Shown piece after piece: positions 1 to 11,287 of a stretch of DNA of 64,000 nucleotides. Under the pieces are notes generated by a model that had not been told where the DNA came from, did no database searches, and saw only the letters and a list, made by a program, of their open reading frames with translations. Each line of letters opens with the position of its first letter. Positions within the stretch are counted from its first letter, which is position 1. The position numbers were made by a program, and so were the translations under genes. Origin of the DNA: Octopus bimaculoides (lineage: Eukaryota); contig NC_068981.1 in NCBI RefSeq assembly GCF_001194135.2, positions 166,955,549 to 167,019,548 of the forward strand, in the 5' to 3' direction.

Positions 1-127
1 AGTGGTTGTGATGATGTGAATGTGAGGAAAATGCAATTTGTTTATTGTTAAAATATTTATTGTGTATATTTTTTTCTACATTCGAAAATATTTTATTTTT
101 AAAATGTGATGCATTTGTTTTTAATAG

Positions 128-472
128 GTGCAACTATCATTAACACCACAACAGACAGGAGAACTACGAATTGTGGGTATTGCTTATAATCTAGGTACTA
201 ATTCTCTTCAGTCATCAAACAGTACCAACAGTTTGATATTAAATGATGGGAATTTAACTGGAACAACAGTGACAACATCGACATCTGCCACAACTCCTGG
301 TACTGGACCGACGCGTGCAAATTACAGTAATTCTATCAATGTACGTGGGAAACAGCGTTTAGAAGTTCAGGGGCCTAGACTTAACAGCAACAAAGAAGAA
401 AGAGCAAGTAAAGTTTACGGACCAGATCGCAGGCTCGATCTGGTAATAAAGCAACAAATGCCAATCCTTAAG
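128..472 (+). CDS. TRAPPC8: TRAPPC8 internal exon (first in window; gene continues upstream): VQLSLTPQQTGELRIVGIAYNLGT...VRGKQRLEVQGPRLN...YGPDRRLDLVIKQQMPILK
   Basis: Acceptor taatAG at 126-127, donor AG|GTAATC at 473, 345 nt, phase 0/0. Motifs GEL.I.G..YNLGT, VRGKQ.LE.QGPRLN and YGPDRRLD match my recollection of vertebrate TRAPPC8. Confidence 0.95.
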
Positions 473-1083
473 GTAATCTTTCTTTGCTAAACAGGGTTAA
501 ATATTCTTTCACATGAAAACACAAAAAATTATAGACTAATATCAATTTGAAAAATATATTAGGACATTTTAGCATGATTATTAGCCAATAAATTTTATAA
601 ATTTAATGTATTTCTGTAATCAAACATTGCAAAAATTTGTTTTAAACACCTCAATCATGTTTTAAACANNNNNNNNNNNNNNNNNNNNNNNNNNNNNNNN
701 NNNNNNNNNNNNNNNNNNNNNNNNNNNNNNNNNNNNNNNNNNNNNNNNNNNNNNNNNNNNNNNNNNNNNNNNNNNNNNNNNNNNNNNNNNNNNNNNNNNN
801 NNNNNNNNNNNNNNNNNNNNNNNNNNNNNNNNNNNNNNNNNNNNNNNNNNNNNNNNNNNNNNNNNNNNNNNNNNNNNNNNNNNNNNNNNNNNNNNNNNNN
901 NNNNNNNNNNNNNNNNNNNNNNNNNNNNNNNNNNNNNNNNNNNNNNNNNNNNNNNNNNNNNNNNNNNNNNNNNNNNNNNNNNNNNNNNNNNNNNNNNNNN
1001 NNNNNNNNNNNNNNNNNNNNNNNNNNNNNNNNNNNNNNNNNNNNNNNNNNNNNNNNNNCATATATATACATACATATATTTAT

Positions 1084-1377
1084 AGTAGAAGCACATGGCC
1101 TAGTAGTTAGAGCAGCAGACTTGCGGTTGAGGGATCAAGGGTTCGAATCTCAGGCTGGGCAATATTTGTGTTTATGAGTGAAACACCTAAGCTCCACATG
1201 GCTCTGGCAAAAGGTAATGGTGAACTTCTGACTCTTTCGCCACAACTTTTTCTCACTCTTTCCTCTGCATCTAGTAGCTCACATGTGACGGACCAGTGTC
1301 CCATCCAAGTGGGGAATTTATACGCCAATGAAACTGGGAAACCAGCCTATATGAGCCAGGCATGGCTTCAGAAGGAA

Positions 1378-1380
<3 letters not shown>
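1084..1380 (+). mobile_element. tRNA-derived SINE (family D)
   Basis: Pol III A box TGGCCTAGTAG 1096-1106 and B box GGTTCGAATC 1140-1149. Ends in a (CA)n/(TA)n tail. Confidence 0.75.
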
Positions 1381-1444
<64 letters not shown>

Positions 1445-1730
1445 NNNNNNNNNNNNNNNNNNNNNNNNNNNNNNNNNNNNNNNNNNNNNNNNNNNNNNNN
1501 NNNNNNNNNNNNNNNNNNNNNNNNNNNNNNNNNNNNNNNNNNNNNNNNNNNNNNNNNNNNNNNNNNNNNNNNNNNNNNNNNNNNNNNNTACACATATATA
1601 TATACATATATATACATGCGTATATATACTTATATATATATATATATATGCATATATATACATGCATATATATACTTATATATATATATATACACACACA
1701 CATACATACATACATACATATATATATATA
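1380..1730. repeat. Compound (CA)n/(TA)n microsatellite spanning N-gap 1445-1589
   Basis: Direct reading. Confidence 0.95.
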
Positions 1731-2060
1731 TAGCATAATTTGAATATATTCATTAGAATATATGCCAAGTTGAATCAGAATATTTTAGAATCAATTAGAA
1801 TGTTTTGCTTAAAGAAATAAACAAACATTAAATAATATTCTTTATAATAAATGTTTACAAACATTAATTTTTATTGTAATTATTTTCAAAATATAATAGA
1901 GAGAAAGTGATCAAGATTTGATGAAGAGGTTAAGAGTTTCGTAACAAAATAGCATATATAGATGTATCTGTTTGATTTAATTTTTATAAAACTTACATCT
2001 ATCAATGTATACTTTGACACAGATTAATAATTTTTTTTCTTCTGGTATTTATCCTTATAG

Positions 2061-2467
2061 GTTGAATTAGATAAAATTCCAGAAACCCTTTTGTGTGGAG
2101 AAGTCCAAAGTATCACTCTGAAGTTCTGTAATGATGGAACAATTCCATTGAAAAATCTCAAAATAGCATCCAATACACCTAGTTTCTTGGCTCTTGGCAC
2201 TGATGTGGATCTTGTTGATTCTGTACCATTTTCTAGTATATATCAAACACAAGAGGAAGATATATGTGGAGAAATACCTGGCAATGATCCAAAAGAGGTT
2301 GCAATGAATGGCATTATTGTAATTGATATACCCATTCCAAATGGAATATTAAAACCAAATTTTACAATGACTGTTCCTATGTGGGTACGGGGTAATGATG
2401 TTGCTGGGGTGCATACTATCAACTTTCTCTTCTATTATGAGCCTGTTGAACAAGATACTAAAATAAA
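2061..2467 (+). CDS. TRAPPC8: TRAPPC8 exon: VELDKIPETLLCGEVQ...PMWVRGNDVAGVHTINFLFYYEPVEQDTKI
   Basis: ccttatAG acceptor 2059-2060, AA|GTGAGT donor 2468 (phase 2). LLCGE and PMW.RG....GVH.INFLFYYE are TRAPPC8 motifs. Confidence 0.95.
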
Positions 2468-2773
2468 GTGAGTTATTCTTTCTATTTTTTCATTTTTCCC
2501 TTTACATTGTTTTATGTAAGTATTTGATATCCATTGATAGTCTTTTTTTTATTTAGAGAAGAAACTTAATGTTGTTATCATCATTGAGTTCAAATACTAC
2601 TGAATAAGACTTTGCCTGTCATTTTTCTGGAAGGGATAAAATATGTACTTGACAAATACTGGGATCAATGTTTAATCAGCCATAATCCAAATAGCTGACC
2701 TTTACTTGTATTAAAAATTATTTTCATTAAAAACCACTCATTCTAAATGTGCTTTTTGTATTGTTTTATTCAG

Positions 2774-2924
2774 ATACAGAGTATTACGTTATTCAGCTGT
2801 GATAAATACAGTGGAATCATTGAGTGTGCAAGCAACAATTCAAAGGAGTAGAGCATGTGTACAAAAATGTTCAGAGGATAGAGATGAGTGCTTCATAACT
2901 TGTGAACTTGAAAATTTGAATTCT
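2774..2924 (+). CDS. TRAPPC8: TRAPPC8 exon: (K)YRVLRYSAVINTVESLSVQATIQRSRAC...CELENLNS
   Basis: ttattCAG acceptor 2771-2773, TCT|GTAAGT donor 2925, 151 nt, fits phase 2 to 0. Similar to human HRILRHTAII...SLNVRATV. Confidence 0.92.
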
Positions 2925-4424
2925 GTAAGTGTTTTCTATTTTATTCTTAAATGAGAGGAAAGCCTAATTGATAAAATAGTTTCAATATCTTAAGATTGTT
3001 AATCCCTTTCTGTTTTTCCATGATATGATGTGGTAAAAATCAAAAGCACTAAAGCCAAAATTATTGTGTATATTTGAGATTGTATATTATTGTGTGAGAA
3101 ACAGCTGCTCAGACTGTAATAGCTACACTGACCTGTAGCAACATGATGGAACAAAGTTAAGTCAAAAGGTGGCTATGTAATTTTAGTTATGATCACCAGC
3201 AAACAAACAGGTTACTACAAGAATAAAGCTTAACTAAAATTACGTACAATAATTATTACCTCACTACAATCAATTTGGAGGTGAACAAGGATGATATTAA
3301 TGAATATTTTGAAAATAGAATCCTGTTTTGGTTAAGCAGCACAGTGACATCTATACTCTTGGCTTGGTTATAATGTGCCATTCTGTGGGATTGGACTCTA
3401 AATGACATAATTTTGAAGTTAATTTCTTAACCAAAGAGCCATCCTGCAGCTAATTGAGAACATTTCAGCCAGATCAACACTCCAAGCTATTGATAAATGC
3501 TGGAATACAAATCTTATTGATTTTTATCTCTCCTCTGCTTTATTACCAGATAAACTAGGCAAGATTAACCATATTTACTGATCCAGAATACAATATAAGA
3601 CTAGAAGTAGATGAACTCTGAAATTTGAGACATTACTTTTTATTGGATTCTCAAGTAAAAAAGTAGTAGTCTATCGCAATATCTAAAGATGAAGTGGATA
3701 GTGTGTATAGAATTGACTGTAGGAAAGTAGATATAATGGATTTATCTCAACAGAAATTGAACATGAGATATAGAATTGATTGGCATGACAGTTACAACAT
3801 CTATATTAGCTACTATTCATAATATTAGACCAAGACTATTTATGGACTGAAGTTTTGTAAACAGTGAGTAATCGTTACTGAGATAAAAGAACAGACATTG
3901 AAATGCTACTACAAAACGTTGTTGAATCTGGTTAGGTAGGATACTATAAGCATTCACATGGTCAGTTAGGTAGTATGTACTGAGTTGGCATACAATGACT
4001 AGTATAGCTACAAGAGTCAAGAAATGCTCTTGGAAAAAACAGTTATAGAGGCATCAAATGGATGGCTCAAATTATAAACATAGTATAGAGGTATAACACA
4101 GCTAACTAGGAAGAGAAATGAAGGCTGAAGTGTGTAAGTAAACCAGTTTTGCATATTAGGTGTTCTTTAGGATGTGATATGGCTTATCTAGCAGCAGTAG
4201 TATCCAAGATGTGGAAGGAGTATTCCATTGCAGGTCTCATTTGAGCTTTGCAGTTTTATCAGCCACTTGTCAGAGCTTTAAGTATTTTCTGGCTCTGAAG
4301 AAGAGGAATTGTCTTTAGAATGAAGTTTTTACTATGTTATGTATGTGGGACTGTTTGCAAAGATCTGCTGGAATAGATTTGAAGAAAGCTACATTTGGAA
4401 TTTTCATTTATATTTCATTTATAG

Positions 4425-4527
4425 GGCCAAACAAAAGCACCTCACTTAAAAACAATCCAAATAAAGCAGATGTCATGTGCCAGTACAAATTGGTCTATTA
4501 ACTACCTCAGTACTCCAAAGAATACAG
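4425..4527 (+). CDS. TRAPPC8: TRAPPC8 exon: GQTKAPHLKTIQIKQMSCASTNWSINYLSTPKNT(E), with non-canonical GC donor
   Basis: tttatAG acceptor 4423-4424, CAG|GCAAGA donor 4528, 103 nt. Supplies the phase 0 to 1 change the next exon needs. IKQMSCASTNW resembles human IVQVSSSSKHW. Confidence 0.82.
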
Positions 4528-5118
4528 GCAAGATATTTTTTAATTATATAATCAAAATATTTTTGTATGATTTTTGCATGAACGCTAAATTTCTAGAAAA
4601 GGAACTGCAAGAGAAAAAGGACTAACAACTACATCTTGCAATAGATTTCTTTATCAATTTCCATCTATCACTCTCTTAATCTATCTCTTTCTCTTTTACA
4701 TTCTTTTCTCCCCCTTTCTTTCCTTCCTTCCTTCCTTCTGGGATTTACTTGATTTACACAGATTATATGTGGAATTAACTGTTGTAAATTAAGAATGTCA
4801 AATATTGTTTCCAAAGATGGTGTGTTTATGACTGGTTAGTCATAAATGTTATAGACAATATTTTGATAACGAAAGGTTTGTGATTCCTACAAGTAAAACT
4901 GAGTTGGGATTACACTCTTCAAATAAGAATTTAATCAAAACTGCTAATACTTCTTAGCATTGGTATCTCACTCGTAACTAAGAAGATGCCTACAGATATG
5001 TTATGAAAATAATATTGGTGGCACAAAAGCCTTTGAATATAATTCATCTAAGTTAAATACCATGGTTTTCAAAAATAAATAAAATATTTAACTAAAATTT
5101 CAATTTCTTGATTTTCAG

Positions 5119-5193
5119 AATTACTCATTCATAATCGTGAAACATTGCAAATGTGTTTGAAAGCTATAGGAAAAAGAGCAACCTGTTGTGAAG
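5119..5193 (+). CDS. TRAPPC8: TRAPPC8 exon: LLIHNRETLQMCLKAIGKRATCCE
   Basis: ttttCAG acceptor 5116-5118, G|GTATCT donor 5194, 75 nt, phase 1/1. RE...CLKAI resembles human REKGKFCFKAI. Confidence 0.88.
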
Positions 5194-5265
5194 GTATCTA
5201 TTTCTTCTTAAATCTACTTTATGTATTTCTTCATTTAAGTTTTCTAAAAGATGCAAGCAATCTAA

Positions 5266-5486
5266 CCCTTTAGCATTCAGATTACTCTGATAAATGTAAT
5301 GCTTATTGATTCACATTGTTTTGAATTAATCATGCATTATCTTGTAGCTTTGAGACTTCAGTGATGTGATAGATTATTTTTAGAATGACATTGTAAGGTA
5401 GGTGTGAGAGCCCAAATCTGACTGGTTTGAACATAAGGCGAAGTAGAATATTTGGGCCGGATGTGGCCTGTTGAAATGCTAAAGGG
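5266..5486 (+). mobile_element. piggyBac-type MITE (CCCTTTAGCATT TIR), intronic in TRAPPC8
   Basis: CTAA|CCCTTTAGCATT ... AATGCTAAAGGG|TTAA. Related copies at 24241-24447 and 40131-40336. Confidence 0.8.
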
Positions 5487-5695
5487 TTAAGTGTCTAAAT
5501 ATCTGAGATGAGTTGTCAATAAGATTGTAATCTCCCAGACTGTAGAAAAGCATTTTTAAAAAAAGTTTATATTTACACTTCAAATAGCTTGAACTTCCAA
5601 TTGTCATCAATTCTTATTCTTGGATATGTACATAGTGTCAGGTTGAATTCAAACTATGTGCATTTATTTCTAATGGTGTTGTGTATGTGTGTATG

Positions 5696-5698
<3 letters not shown>

Positions 5699-5771
<73 letters not shown>
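5699..5771. repeat. (CA)n microsatellite
   Basis: Direct reading. Confidence 0.98.
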
Positions 5772-5912
5772 ATTCAGTTTCTGTCTGCTAAATTCTACTC
5801 ATCAGGCTTAGGTCAGCCTGAGGCTATAGTTGAAGACACTTGCCCAAGTACCACACAGTGGGAGTGATTATAAAACTGTGTTTGGGAAGTAAACTTGTTA
5901 ACCACACAGCCA
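5772..5912 (-). mobile_element. SINE family C fragment
   Basis: Shares gaggctatagtagaagacacttgcccaag with copies at 8910-9285, 26745-27062, 35482-35620 and 61570-61685. Confidence 0.7.
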
Positions 5913-5989
5913 CCCCTATCTATCTACCTACTTGTGTACCTACCCCCCCTCACACACAAACACATGGCTATTTTGTAGAACATTGAAAT

Positions 5990-6200
5990 ATTAGTCTCAA
6001 TTTTTGGCTTGAGGCCAGCAATTTGGGGGAGGAAGTAAGTTGGTTACATTGACCCCAGTGCTCAACTGGTACTTATTTTATCAACCCCCAAAAGAATGAA
6101 AGGCAGAGTTGACCTTGATGGAATTTGAACTCAGAACAAAGATGGGTGAAATTCTAAGCATTTTGCCTGGTATGTCACCAATTCTGCCAGCTTGCCCCTT
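5990..6200 (+). mobile_element. SINE family B
   Basis: Core gaccccagt..aactggtacttattttatc.acccc.aaag.atgaaaggcaaagt.gacct..g.ggaatttgaactcag, repeated at about 19275 (-), 37700, 43850, 49478 and 57570. Confidence 0.75.
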
Positions 6201-6727
6201 TCAGAACACTGAAATAGTGATCACTATCAATTGGTGTCATTGGCCTGATAATTCTATCTCCTGTTGGATCGTCAAGAGATTAATGTCTCATCATGGGTCG
6301 TTATAGTGTGTCAGTTGTTGCTTGTAGATTACATATTATTGAAGATGTTCACATTCTTTCCATCTGGCAGCAAAGTTTAGCAGAATTTGATGGTTTATTT
6401 TGAAAGTTTTACTGAAATGCACCAAATTTCATTCAAATTTTTGACTGTCTTGTTATCACCCTACTTCTTAGCAAATGTGAATTTCATTTGCATTGTTTGG
6501 AGAAATCTTGAAGTTCTGTAGTACATCCTTTGCTGCACAAGCTTGCAGTTTATTTTCATACTCAACAAATGCTATATGACATTATCAACCATGCACAATA
6601 TGAATCTCTTCAAAAATGAGAAATTGAGCGAGCAACATAGACAACACCATTTCTGTAGTTTGTTCAGGAAAATTAGTTAAGAACAGAATTTGGTTAGGGG
6701 GTTACCCTAGAATGGTATTTGGTCTGC

Positions 6728-7040
6728 TATCATCATCATCATCGTTTAACGTCCGCTTTCCATGCTAGCATGGGTTGGACGATTTGACTGAGGACTGGTG
6801 AACCAGATGGCCACACCAGGCTCCAATCTGATTTGGCAGATTTTCTACAGCTGGATGCCCTTCCTAATGCCAACCACTGCGAGAGTGTAGTGGGTGCTTT
6901 TACGTGCCACCTGCACAGGAGCCAGTCCAGTGGCACTGGCAATGATCTCGCTTGAATGACTTTTCACATGCCACCGGCGCAAGTGTCAGGAACGCGACGC
7001 TGCGGCACAAGTGCCAAGAAGGCGACGCTGGTAACGATCA
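6728..7040 (-). mobile_element. SINE family A (RTE-tailed, (GAT)n end)
   Basis: gtggttggcattaggaagggcatccagctgtagaaa core, short internal tandem repeats and a gatgatgat tail. Many copies in the window. Confidence 0.8.
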
Positions 7041-7216
7041 CGCTATATTTGTAGCATTTTGAAATGGCTGTTGTATAAAATTGTTAGTTAAATGGCTCTT
7101 AATAGCGTTCATAAAAACTAGAGTAGCAACAGTTTTTGAGAAATCTTGCAAATAAAATACCAATTCTGTGACATTTTCCATTAAAGTTGATTGTATTATA
7201 TTTCTGTCTTTTGTAG

Positions 7217-7275
7217 GTGAATCAGAAAAGTCTCGTAAGGTGTATTTTAGCAATACCCATTTTAATGAAACAAAA
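7217..7275 (+). CDS. TRAPPC8: TRAPPC8 exon: (G)ESEKSRKVYFSNTHFNETK
   Basis: cttttgtAG acceptor 7215-7216, AAA|GTAAGT donor 7276, 59 nt, phase 1 to 0. Confidence 0.85.
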
Positions 7276-8645
7276 GTAAGTTAGAAACTGGAATAGTTTC
7301 ATTCCTCTTTACATTTTCCTCCTTGAAAGTAATTTGAAATATTAAGTTCAATTTTACATTCTCAGCAAAATTAATTTTGAAAATTGAAAATTTACTTATG
7401 GCTGGATACCTTCACACTGTTGTAAAAACTTGTTAGATGAGTTGTTACTAGCAAACCATCTAAATCCAATTGCTAGGTCTTTTGTCTCATACATTGATGA
7501 AGATATACTCATTCATCAGCATTCTAGAATAGAACTGATATTTTTGCTTTGTATAAGTTGCACTTCATATATAACAGATTGTGGCCTATATGTCGGTAAT
7601 CATGGCTAATAACTAGTACTTATAAAATGTTGTTTGTATTTTGTTCAGGACTTAATATAAAATAATATTTACTGTATACTTTATATATGAAGAAAAAAGA
7701 GAAATAGAAAGGTCTTTTAAAAATTTGACTTACTATATGAAACTAAGGTAGTGGAGTATAAAAAACAATATAAGCCAGATGTCTTTGATTTGTACAAACT
7801 ATATGTGAAATTAATTGAGATTTGTTGGAAATTATGATTTGAAATTTTGTTTGCAAAGTTGGGTTTATAAATGATTAGTACAAAAGAATGTTACAGAACA
7901 CTGAAATATGTTATCATGGATGTTTAAAGCTGAAAGGGAAAAAAAAATGATTGAAGTATTTGGTGGGTGGTAGAGTAACAGTGAAGGAGACATGAAGTAG
8001 TAAAATTAGATTGCAGTACGTTGGGCCTCAAACAAGAGTTTATGGAGAATCAACATGAGTGATGACATAGTTGTACAGTAGACCTGTTCATTCCATGCCA
8101 GGCTGGGGAAGGGGAAAGGACACTAAAATAACATATTTATAAAGTAACATCAGATTAAAATGTATCTAAACATTAATATTTGGAAGTTAAAAAAAAAAAG
8201 ATTGTGCCTATTTTACCTGACAAACCGTAGAAAAGGTTTAGTAAAATAATTGCTCTTCTAAGGTTATTATAAATATTGTGATTAATGCCATCATGTATGG
8301 AAAATGCAAATTACATATGTCATTTGATAAATTTAATTCTTTAAATTAGCACATATAATCTCAGAAAAGCATTAGATTGTCATTTTGGAAAAGAAAAATC
8401 TATGCTGTTTCTTATTGTTGGAGACTGAATAAAATATTTTATAAGTTGGATGATGATGATGATGATGATGATGAATCTTCTAGTTGATTTACTTATTTGT
8501 GAACCACTTTTTTTAACTTTGCAAAACTACAGCCACAGATTTTACTTTTGTAGCTTCATGGAAAGTAAATTGTTGCTTAAGTAATCTGTCCACTTCCCAT
8601 AATTTTTATACTTTATGTTTTCTAACTTTTATTTTTCTATTCTAG

Positions 8646-8819
8646 ATTAAAAGTTCCAAGACACCTTGCTCGGATTTTTATTACAAATGCACACAGAACT
8701 GTGATCAGCAGTCAGCTTTAGCATCCAGTTATTCACCTAATACTAATAATAAGCATTCCAAATTCAGTGACCTTGATACTGCCATTGAAGTGAATTTAAC
8801 ATTAATTATCTTATGGCAG
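8646..8819 (+). CDS. TRAPPC8: TRAPPC8 exon: IKSSKTPCSDFYYK...IEVNLTLIILWQ
   Basis: ttctAG acceptor 8644-8645, CAG|GTAACT donor 8820, 174 nt. PCSDFYY and EVNLTLIILW match human PCADFFY and EVDLNIVILW. Confidence 0.93.
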
Positions 8820-8909
8820 GTAACTACTGTTTAACTAGTTTCAGCCTGTGAACTGTTGTTACTTCGTTATTTCATAAATTAATCTGAATTTTCTTCTTAG
8901 TACCTATCT

Positions 8910-9285
8910 TGTACTCATTTCAGTCATTAGACTGCAGCCATGCTGAAGCAGTGCCTTAAAAAATCTTAGTCAAATTGACCTTTCTTTAAAAAAAAAAAAG
9001 CCCGGTACTTAGTGGTTCAGTAAAAAGGCCAATAAACTAAGTCACAGGGATGTAAACACACCATTACCGGTTGTCAAGCAGTGATGGGGACAAATACAGA
9101 CACACACGTACACACATATATATATATATATAATCAGTTTCTTTCAATTTCTGTCTACCAAATCAACTCACAAAGCTTTGATCAACCTGAGGCTATAGTA
9201 GAAGACACTTACCTATGGTATCACACAATAGGTCTATACTGGAACTATGTGATTGGGAAGCAAACTTCTTACCATACAATCATGC
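8910..9285 (-). mobile_element. SINE family C, near full length
   Basis: Reverse complement matches the 26745-27062 copy and ends in the cagcatggctgcagtc...actgaaa tail. Confidence 0.75.
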
Positions 9286-9492
9286 CTGCACCTATATTTA
9301 TGAAAAGAAATCCTGAAAAATTTTCCTATGTGGTATAAAATTCATATCCATTTATAAAATAGTTTGAGAATTTTCTAAAAATTAGTTATTGTAAATGTTG
9401 AGATTTATTATTAGAATAGAATAGTTTGAGTGAAGCATTGTGTGATGTTAGATTAGATGAACACTTGATAAGGCTGAAACATTGTAAAATGA

Positions 9493-9618
9493 AATACAAA
9501 ATGAAATACAAAATGAACTACAAAAGTGAAAACAGAACAACAGTTGAAATAGAATGTAAAACTCCAACTGTTGTTCTATCTTCACTTTTGTAGTTCATTT
9601 TGTATTTCGTTTTGTGTT
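9493..9618. repeat. Inverted repeat / hairpin, 54-bp arms (9493-9546, 9565-9618), 18-nt loop
   Basis: Arms align with 4 mismatches by eye. Confidence 0.9.
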
Positions 9619-10025
9619 GTTTTGGCCTGATGAAATTTTATGTAATATAATCTTTGTACAATCTATTTCAATATCTATGCCATCTAAATGCATATACAAA
9701 GAACTGGGTTATATATAGTGTCCCTCTGAATGTTACTCCTGTCTGTTAACTTTGCATTTCATTCTTCCTGGATTGGTAAAATAAAATGTCTGTTAAGAAC
9801 AGGAATTATATAATCAACTATATTCCTCTCTCCAATAGGTATAGTCTTGTATTGTACATGGGACATTGAAAGAGTTTTCTAATGCATGCTAAGCATGTGA
9901 ATTGGCCTTTCTTCAGTGCCATTTGTTATTTTAAATGCTTTTTATATGTATTGGTAATTGTTTCATTGTTTCTGAATGTATATGAATTAGCTATTTTAAT
10001 TGTATGTTTTGTTCCTTTCTCATAG

Positions 10026-10130
10026 GCTTTAGTGGTACAAGATTCAGGTGAGACAGTTACACTGGTTGGACAACATCATGTAACCTTTACAAAGCTTAAC
10101 AAGTCTGCAACATCTTATCCTATAACTAAA
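10026..10130 (+). CDS. TRAPPC8: TRAPPC8 exon: ALVVQDSGETVTLVGQHHVTFTKLNKSATSYPITK
   Basis: ctcatAG acceptor 10024-10025, AAA|GTTAGT donor 10131, 105 nt. A.VV.DS....L.GQHHV motif. Confidence 0.93.
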
Positions 10131-10982
10131 GTTAGTAAAATTAAAAATATTCTTTATTCAAATGTTTTACATTTTTTTAAATGTTGTTCTTGAATGTGAA
10201 ATGAAAGCCTTTGGCTCTTGATGACACTTATATTATTCTTTTTACCTTTGCTACATAAATTAATATAAATTGGATCAGCCAATGAGAGAACATTTACATT
10301 GTTACTTGACCTGCAGACAAATCTCCTGCAAAGCACACTGTCTTAAAAAAAAATGTCACATTGGATAATGTAATCCAAGATACTCTATCAGTAGTAACTC
10401 AAAACTGGATAACAATGGGTGTTACACTTAGATTTTTTAAGGGACACACACACACACACATACAAACTTTGAGCAAAGCCTGTTCTAAAGATAAGTGACA
10501 AGAATTTACAAGCATAAATCATGCCACTTGCGTTTTCGTGAATTAGTGGCTTATAAAACAGAAAAAAAAAATTGGCCAATCCCATTTTGTGAATTTCTTT
10601 CAATTATATTTGTTTGTTAGTCTCTATGAACAAGAACCGTGTCAACTTCTTTAGTCAGAGAGAGCCTACAAAGGCCATTAGATGTAAATTGCCATCCTCC
10701 TCTGATTAATTAATTAAAAAGAAATTTGGCATCCTCTTCTGTTGTAACCATAATAATTGTTTCATCTGTAATCTGGTTTCAATTTACTTAGTCTCTAATA
10801 ACTCACGATACCTCTTGAATTAGTTAACACAAGCAGTGCTTCTGTTTTTTTAAAATTTTTTGCAAGTTAAATTTTTGTTTGTTTTAAGTATGTATTGTAA
10901 AGTATACAAAAATTAATCTGAACTAGAAATAATATAATCCTCATTAGTGGATATTCTTAAGACAGTAATAAATCTCTTTTGA

Positions 10983-11200
10983 CATCATCATCATTTAGCA
11001 TCTGCTTTCCATGCTTGCATGGGTTTGACTGAAGCTGGAAGGCTGCACCAGGTTCCGATCTGATTTGACATGATTTCTAAAGCTGGATGCCCTTCCTAAT
11101 GCCAACCACCCCCAGAGTGTAATAGGTGCTTTTTACATGCCACTGGTACAGGTTCCAGTCACGTGACACTGGCATCATCTATGGCTACAATTTCACTTGG
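10983..11200 (-). mobile_element. SINE family A
   Basis: catcatcatcattta...gctggatgcccttcctaatgccaaccac, same family as 6728-7040. Confidence 0.75.
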
Positions 11201-11287
11201 CTTCCAAAGGAAATAGATTGCTGTGTTTAAATAAGAAATTTAATTCTATAATTTAATCCTGTAAAATAGAATATCATTTTAGATTTA

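Noticed and set aside
651-1743. Long ORFs made of X, YI/HT/CV repeats (also at 11678-12865, 27237-28825, 29947-30246, 32848-33596, 40791-41036)
   Set aside because: Artefacts of N-gaps and dinucleotide microsatellites, not proteins.
3400-4400. Possible decayed LINE in the TRAPPC8 intron
   Set aside because: Only vague compositional hints and no diagnostic motif.
5775-5810. CTGATGA...GAAAC on the minus strand (hammerhead-like)
   Set aside because: Lies inside SINE C, whose other copies read gccttgtgag/gccatgggag here. No helix I, II or III pairing; coincidental.
9462-9490. cttgataaggctgaaacattgta as a degenerate hammerhead next to the 9.5-kb hairpin
   Set aside because: The core box is mutated, there is no room for helix II and there is no helix I partner.
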